NCBI RefSeq assembly: GCF_009914755.1
Contig: NC_060937.1
Reading direction: 5' to 3' (one strand)
Source: the human T2T-CHM13v2.0 reference genome, Homo sapiens
Length of the DNA: 64,000 nucleotides
The notes under the pieces are model-generated. The model saw nothing but the letters and a program-made list of their open reading frames with translations, was not told the origin of the DNA and did not search any database. The translations under genes and the position numbers were made by a program. Positions 58,960 through 64,000 of this stretch are shown here, piece by piece (the first letter of the stretch is position 1; every line of letters begins with the position of its first letter).

Positions 58960-60720
58960 TGTATAATAATCTGGGTGCCATGAATATAACAATGGACAAA
59001 TTACATAAAACTCTAGTTTTTATGGAACTTGTAGTCTAGCAAACTCAGAGGGATGCATAAATAAATAAACTAATATATATCAGGCTGTATTAAGGTATGA
59101 ACAAATTAAATGTGACCCAGGTTTGTAAGGATTTCTCTGATAAGGTAAAATTTGGACAAAGGTCAAAGGAGGTGAAGAACTAACCCATAGAAGATCTAGG
59201 AAAAGAATATTCTACATATAGGAAAAGTAAAGCTCTTAAATGTTTTTAATTTTGAAAGTTTAAAAAGGAGAACTTTAAGGCACACAAATATAGTACAAAG
59301 CCTATGGAAAGTTTCAAGCAGGGACATGACATGATCAGATTGATGTTTAAAATATACACATAATAAATTATTACCAACTATAATGTAATGTTATTATTTG
59401 AAATTTTTATTCAAGAAATATTTGAAAGCCTGTCTTGCACAAGGCACTATGCTTTTGTTCTGGATGCCCCTGTCTTCACAGATTTTAACATCTATTAGAA
59501 GTGGTTATGGGGCATGCAGATGAAGATAACTGCTGATTATGAGGCATGATTAATAGCTAAAGAGAGTAATATACAGACTGCACTAGTAAGTTACACAGGA
59601 GTATCCCCAGCCAAACATTGACTATCCATTCAGGCTTGTTGGTGGATGCCTTAGCTTATAAATGGGAGTGAGGTAGGTGAAGAGAGGACACCTGCAGACA
59701 TTTTATTTTATTTTTTTTTTTTTATTTATTTTTGAGATAGAGTCTCACTCTGTCACTCAGGCCGGAGTGCAGTGGTGTGATCTTGGCTCACTGTAACCTC
59801 TGCCTCTGGGTTCAAACGATTCTCCTGTCTCAGCCTCCCAAATAGCTGGGATTACAGGCGCACGCCACCACGCCTGGCTAAATTTTTGTATTTTTAGTAG
59901 AGATGGGGTTTCACCATGTTGGCCAGGCTGTTCTCAAACTCCTGACTTCAAATGATCCGCCCACCTCGGCCTCCCAAACTGCTCAGATTACAGGCGTGAG
60001 GCACCACGCCCGTCTGAAGACATTTTATATATTTACATGGGACACACACAATACATATATGATACTAAAAGCAATTCAACATTATTTGGCTGTAAAGTGT
60101 AAAGTTTTGGTTGTAAAAGACTCTATTCTGTGCATGTGATTAACGAGATTGAGACTTAATGCAGTGCAAATGAGGAGCCATGGAAAGTATTTCCATAATT
60201 ACTTAAAATTGCGTTTGATAGGTCACTCTGACATGTATGAGAAGGGCAGATGTGGTGGGAAACAAGAAAAGGAAGCAAGAGAATCACAGTTATTATGATT
60301 TTTAGCTATGAGTGTATTGGGGTATAAATAAGAGCAAGAAAATAAGAATAGAAGTGACGGATTGATTGTAAATAAATAGTAAGTAAAACCAAGGGAATTG
60401 ATGACTAATCACAGGAGGGGATAAAGGGAAAAACAAAAGAGAAGCCAAGATGACTTCTAGGTTTCAGGTTGGGTTAGTAGATCAAATGCATTTCAGCCAG
60501 CAGAAAGAAAAAAAATAACAAAATAGGCCTTGGGAGGAAGAATATTTGTTCAGTTTTGACATTTTTGAAGCTCCTGTGTGTGGCCTATGTTTGTAGAGCA
60601 AGCAAATGGTTTGATTAATGAATCCTAGACTGCAAAGAGAGGTCTAAGAGGACAAATACATTTGGAAGAAAGAGACACATAATTAGTAGTTGAAACAATG
60701 TAAGTCAATGAAATCACCCA
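58960..60720 (-). mobile_element. L2 fragments (interrupted by an Alu)
   Basis: ATGGAACTTGTAGTCTAG; TTTCAAGCAGGGACATGACATGATCAGATT; CAAGATGACTTCTAGGTTTC; TTCAGTTTTGACAT. Confidence 0.55.
59707..60014 (-). mobile_element. AluSx-like SINE
   Basis: Dimeric Alu; TSD TG[C/A]AGACATTTTAT at 59693-59706 and 60015-60028. Confidence 0.92.
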
Positions 60721-60796
60721 AAGGGGTAGTGTATGGGGACAGAAAAGCAATGTGTAAGGAATCAAATTTTAGTATGGGTAAGAGATCCTTAGGAGA

Positions 60797-60817
60797 CACA
60801 CACACACACAGAGGCAG

Positions 60818-60848
<31 letters not shown>
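60797..60848. repeat. (CA)n and (GA)n microsatellites
   Basis: Directly visible. Confidence 0.9.
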
Positions 60849-60849
<1 letters not shown>

Positions 60850-63012
60850 CAGGAACTTTCAAAACTGGAAAAGAGTAAGAAAGAGTTTTCTCCATTAGGA
60901 AAGCTGGGGAAGTGGAAAATTTAAAGGAAAAGGGATTTTTTCAACAGGGTTATTGCCTTTACCTCTGGTCTGCCAGGCTCTTGCATGTAGTAAATAGTAA
61001 GCACTTAGTGCAAAGTTGATAGAATGAATGAAAAGAAGAGAAATGGCAAAAGTAAATTAAAATTCAAGGTAAAAATTTCAAATATAAGGACCACTGAATT
61101 TAGTAACTGAAAGAGAAAGAGTTTAAGCTTTCACAAATAGCATGGTCAATGCCACAGAAAATCTAAGAATTATGAGAGTTTATTTATCTTGTCTTCACTC
61201 TATCTACTTTATGACTACTTTAACCCCCTAATCTGTTTTCAGATTTGCAAACCAGAGATAGGAAATATTATTCAGTGGAAATTTTGCAAAAATAAAAATT
61301 TAGAAGAATAAGGCCTCACTTAAATAGCTATCTTACATCCTAAGTGAACTCGCTTTGTAAGCGAGCTATTTCACTTAGAAACAAGTTGATTCGAAGAAAG
61401 TAAACTTTAAAATCAATAAAATTAATAAACAAAAAGTTCACATTTAGCATTCCTCCAATAGGAATTCATGATAACAAGTCTCACTTTAAATTGTGAATGA
61501 AAATAATTTTCTGAGGCATAAAAATTGTTAGATTATGGCTTTACTAGGGTGGACCTTCTAGGAAATTAGAGTGAAAATAGGGAAAGAGTACTAGACAAAT
61601 GAATTCAGTGATAAATCTAGTTCTGTGAGTGAGTTTCCTAATGACCTTGGGGAAATAACTTGATCCTTTGCATCAAATATTTTATCTATGTATAAAATAA
61701 GAAAGTAGAACTGCATAACCTTTATGGTATTTTCCAGTACTAAAGTAAATGATATTAAAGTTATAGTTATGATCTATATCAAGTATCATTTTTCTTAATC
61801 TCACTGTCTGACATCTAGAGCAGTATGGGGAAATAGATGAGAAAAAAAGGTCTAAAATTGGAGATAGGCTGAAATAGGTATGAAAAGGAAGAGGCAAAGA
61901 AATGGAAAAAAAGATAAGAAATGTGTTCAAAATATTCAAAAACTATTTACAAGAAGGATAAAAAATGTACTTTTAAAGTTTTAAATACTAAGGAATTAAT
62001 CTGAATTTATAATTGGGAAGTAGAAATTAAGAACATATGAAATAGTGCATAGACTCTACATCTACCCCTAGATAGAATAAAATTGAGGCATACATATAGA
62101 TAGGTTTAGATAAATTGTCTTGAATTTCCTTATTTTTTCAGACTATAATAAATCTTCGACATGGTCAATTTAATAAATTCAGTATGATTTGTCAGATGTG
62201 AGAAATAGACCAGGGCACAAAATCACTTTATATTTGAAGACAGGCATGAATTATGACTTGAATTTTGTGATATTTTTTTCAGAACTCACAAACAAGCAAT
62301 GTGACAGACACGCAAGGTCAAGAAATATTACGGTGTGGATGAACTGGAAGGTCTGTAGTGTCAGCCTAGGCTCTGGAGGAGCCTAACCTCTCAGGGTTAT
62401 TCCTTTGTAAGCTGGGGAGAGGTCACTCAGCATTTAAGTGTATGGATTATTGGTAAAAGAAAATGTAATTAAAGTCTGTCTTGTGAGCTGAAGATACAGC
62501 CTTCAGACTAAAAAATCCTTACTAATCACAGTTCCAAAGCAGAGTGACAAAACGTTTTAAGCAGATTATGTTTGTATTAGTTACTTATTGGGCTTTGAGG
62601 CCTACCTGAGATCTTCATACAACAGAACTAGCCATCCAACTTGGAGTGTTTTGTTTGCATAGGCTATTTCTTCAAAAATTAAAAAAGTACCCTTAATTCT
62701 AGAATTTTGTACTTTATCTGAAACTCTTGCCATCTAATTTCTCCCCGCCTCCCGAGATTTTCCTAACTTAATAAAACACTGCTATGTATGTAGCATCTCC
62801 ATTTCTTCAGTCAGTTCTTCTACATAAAGATGTTTTGACCTTGCAATAATCTTAGCTACAAAAATGTACATATATTTATGTAATGTAAACACCACAAACA
62901 CAAAGCATCTTCAGTGTGCAAACCATTGTGTTAGACACTAGGAAACAATGAGCTAAATATATTTCTACATGTGCTATAAATTGGAAATGGAGTTTATAAT
63001 ACATTTATATAG

Positions 63013-63423
<411 letters not shown>

Positions 63424-64000
63424 TAGAATTTTGTCCATGTTTTTTTTTTCTCCTCAGTTTACATTAAATATACGGAATCTCCACCAGATGTCAGTATATG
63501 CATGCAAATATTTTACCTTGCGACAGAAGCGCCTACAAAGGCTTAGTTAGAAAGTACTCAAATAAGAAATGAATGCCTTTTATTTAAAGAACATTAAATT
63601 CTCTAATCACATTCACTCTATATATACTTCCTCACAGATTATTTAAAACCACGTTCTCCAAAGTTTTTAAGCCAGCCAAATACATATACTGTCCATTGAA
63701 GATTTTGTTCTCATACTTTATGCATAATAAGTGTTTACTGAAAGACACACAGCTAGACAATTATTCAGTTAATATTATTTGTATTATTATTAGTGAATCT
63801 ATATAATTGTATTTAATGAATTTGTGTACCTAAAACGTTACAAAGAATAATTTGAAAACCCAGTCAAAACAATAAGATTATTCTGTAAGATGACTAACTA
63901 CAATATTATTATGTATGTGTTAATTTTTACACACACCAGGTAAAAGCGATTAAAACTGTAAGGAAGAAAATGTGCCATTAAAAATAGAAAAAAAAAACAG

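Overview
AT-rich, repeat-dense primate (hominid, probably human) genomic DNA that looks intergenic or deep-intronic. I found no host protein-coding exon, tRNA, rRNA or CRISPR array, and I could not identify the chromosomal locus. The recognisable long ORFs are remnants of L1, HERV-L, THE1 or Tigger1; the rest look like Alu, microsatellite or chance ORFs. Main elements: (1) a full-length minus-strand L1PA5/6-like LINE-1 (3429-9881, 18-bp TSD) with a young AluYi6-like insert, a truncated ORF0 and the ZNF93-target segment; (2) a LOR1-type ERV1 lacking its 5' LTR, with an inverted duplication at its PPT/U3 junction; (3) a 5'-truncated L1MA; (4) a near-complete HERV-L provirus (25015-31784, MLT2A1 LTRs, 5-bp TSD, gag-pro-pol-dUTPase remnants); (5) a complete THE1A inside MER4A; (6) MER50 inside MLT1; (7) a 5'-inverted L1PA carrying a 100-bp copy of nearby DNA; (8) a near full-length Tigger1; (9) many Alus. 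I do not see a convincingly new biological system. The best leads are the DUX4-motif asymmetry between the two MLT2A1 LTRs and several template-switch or repair scars. Subfamily names come from recalled consensus sequences and need RepeatMasker/Dfam confirmation.
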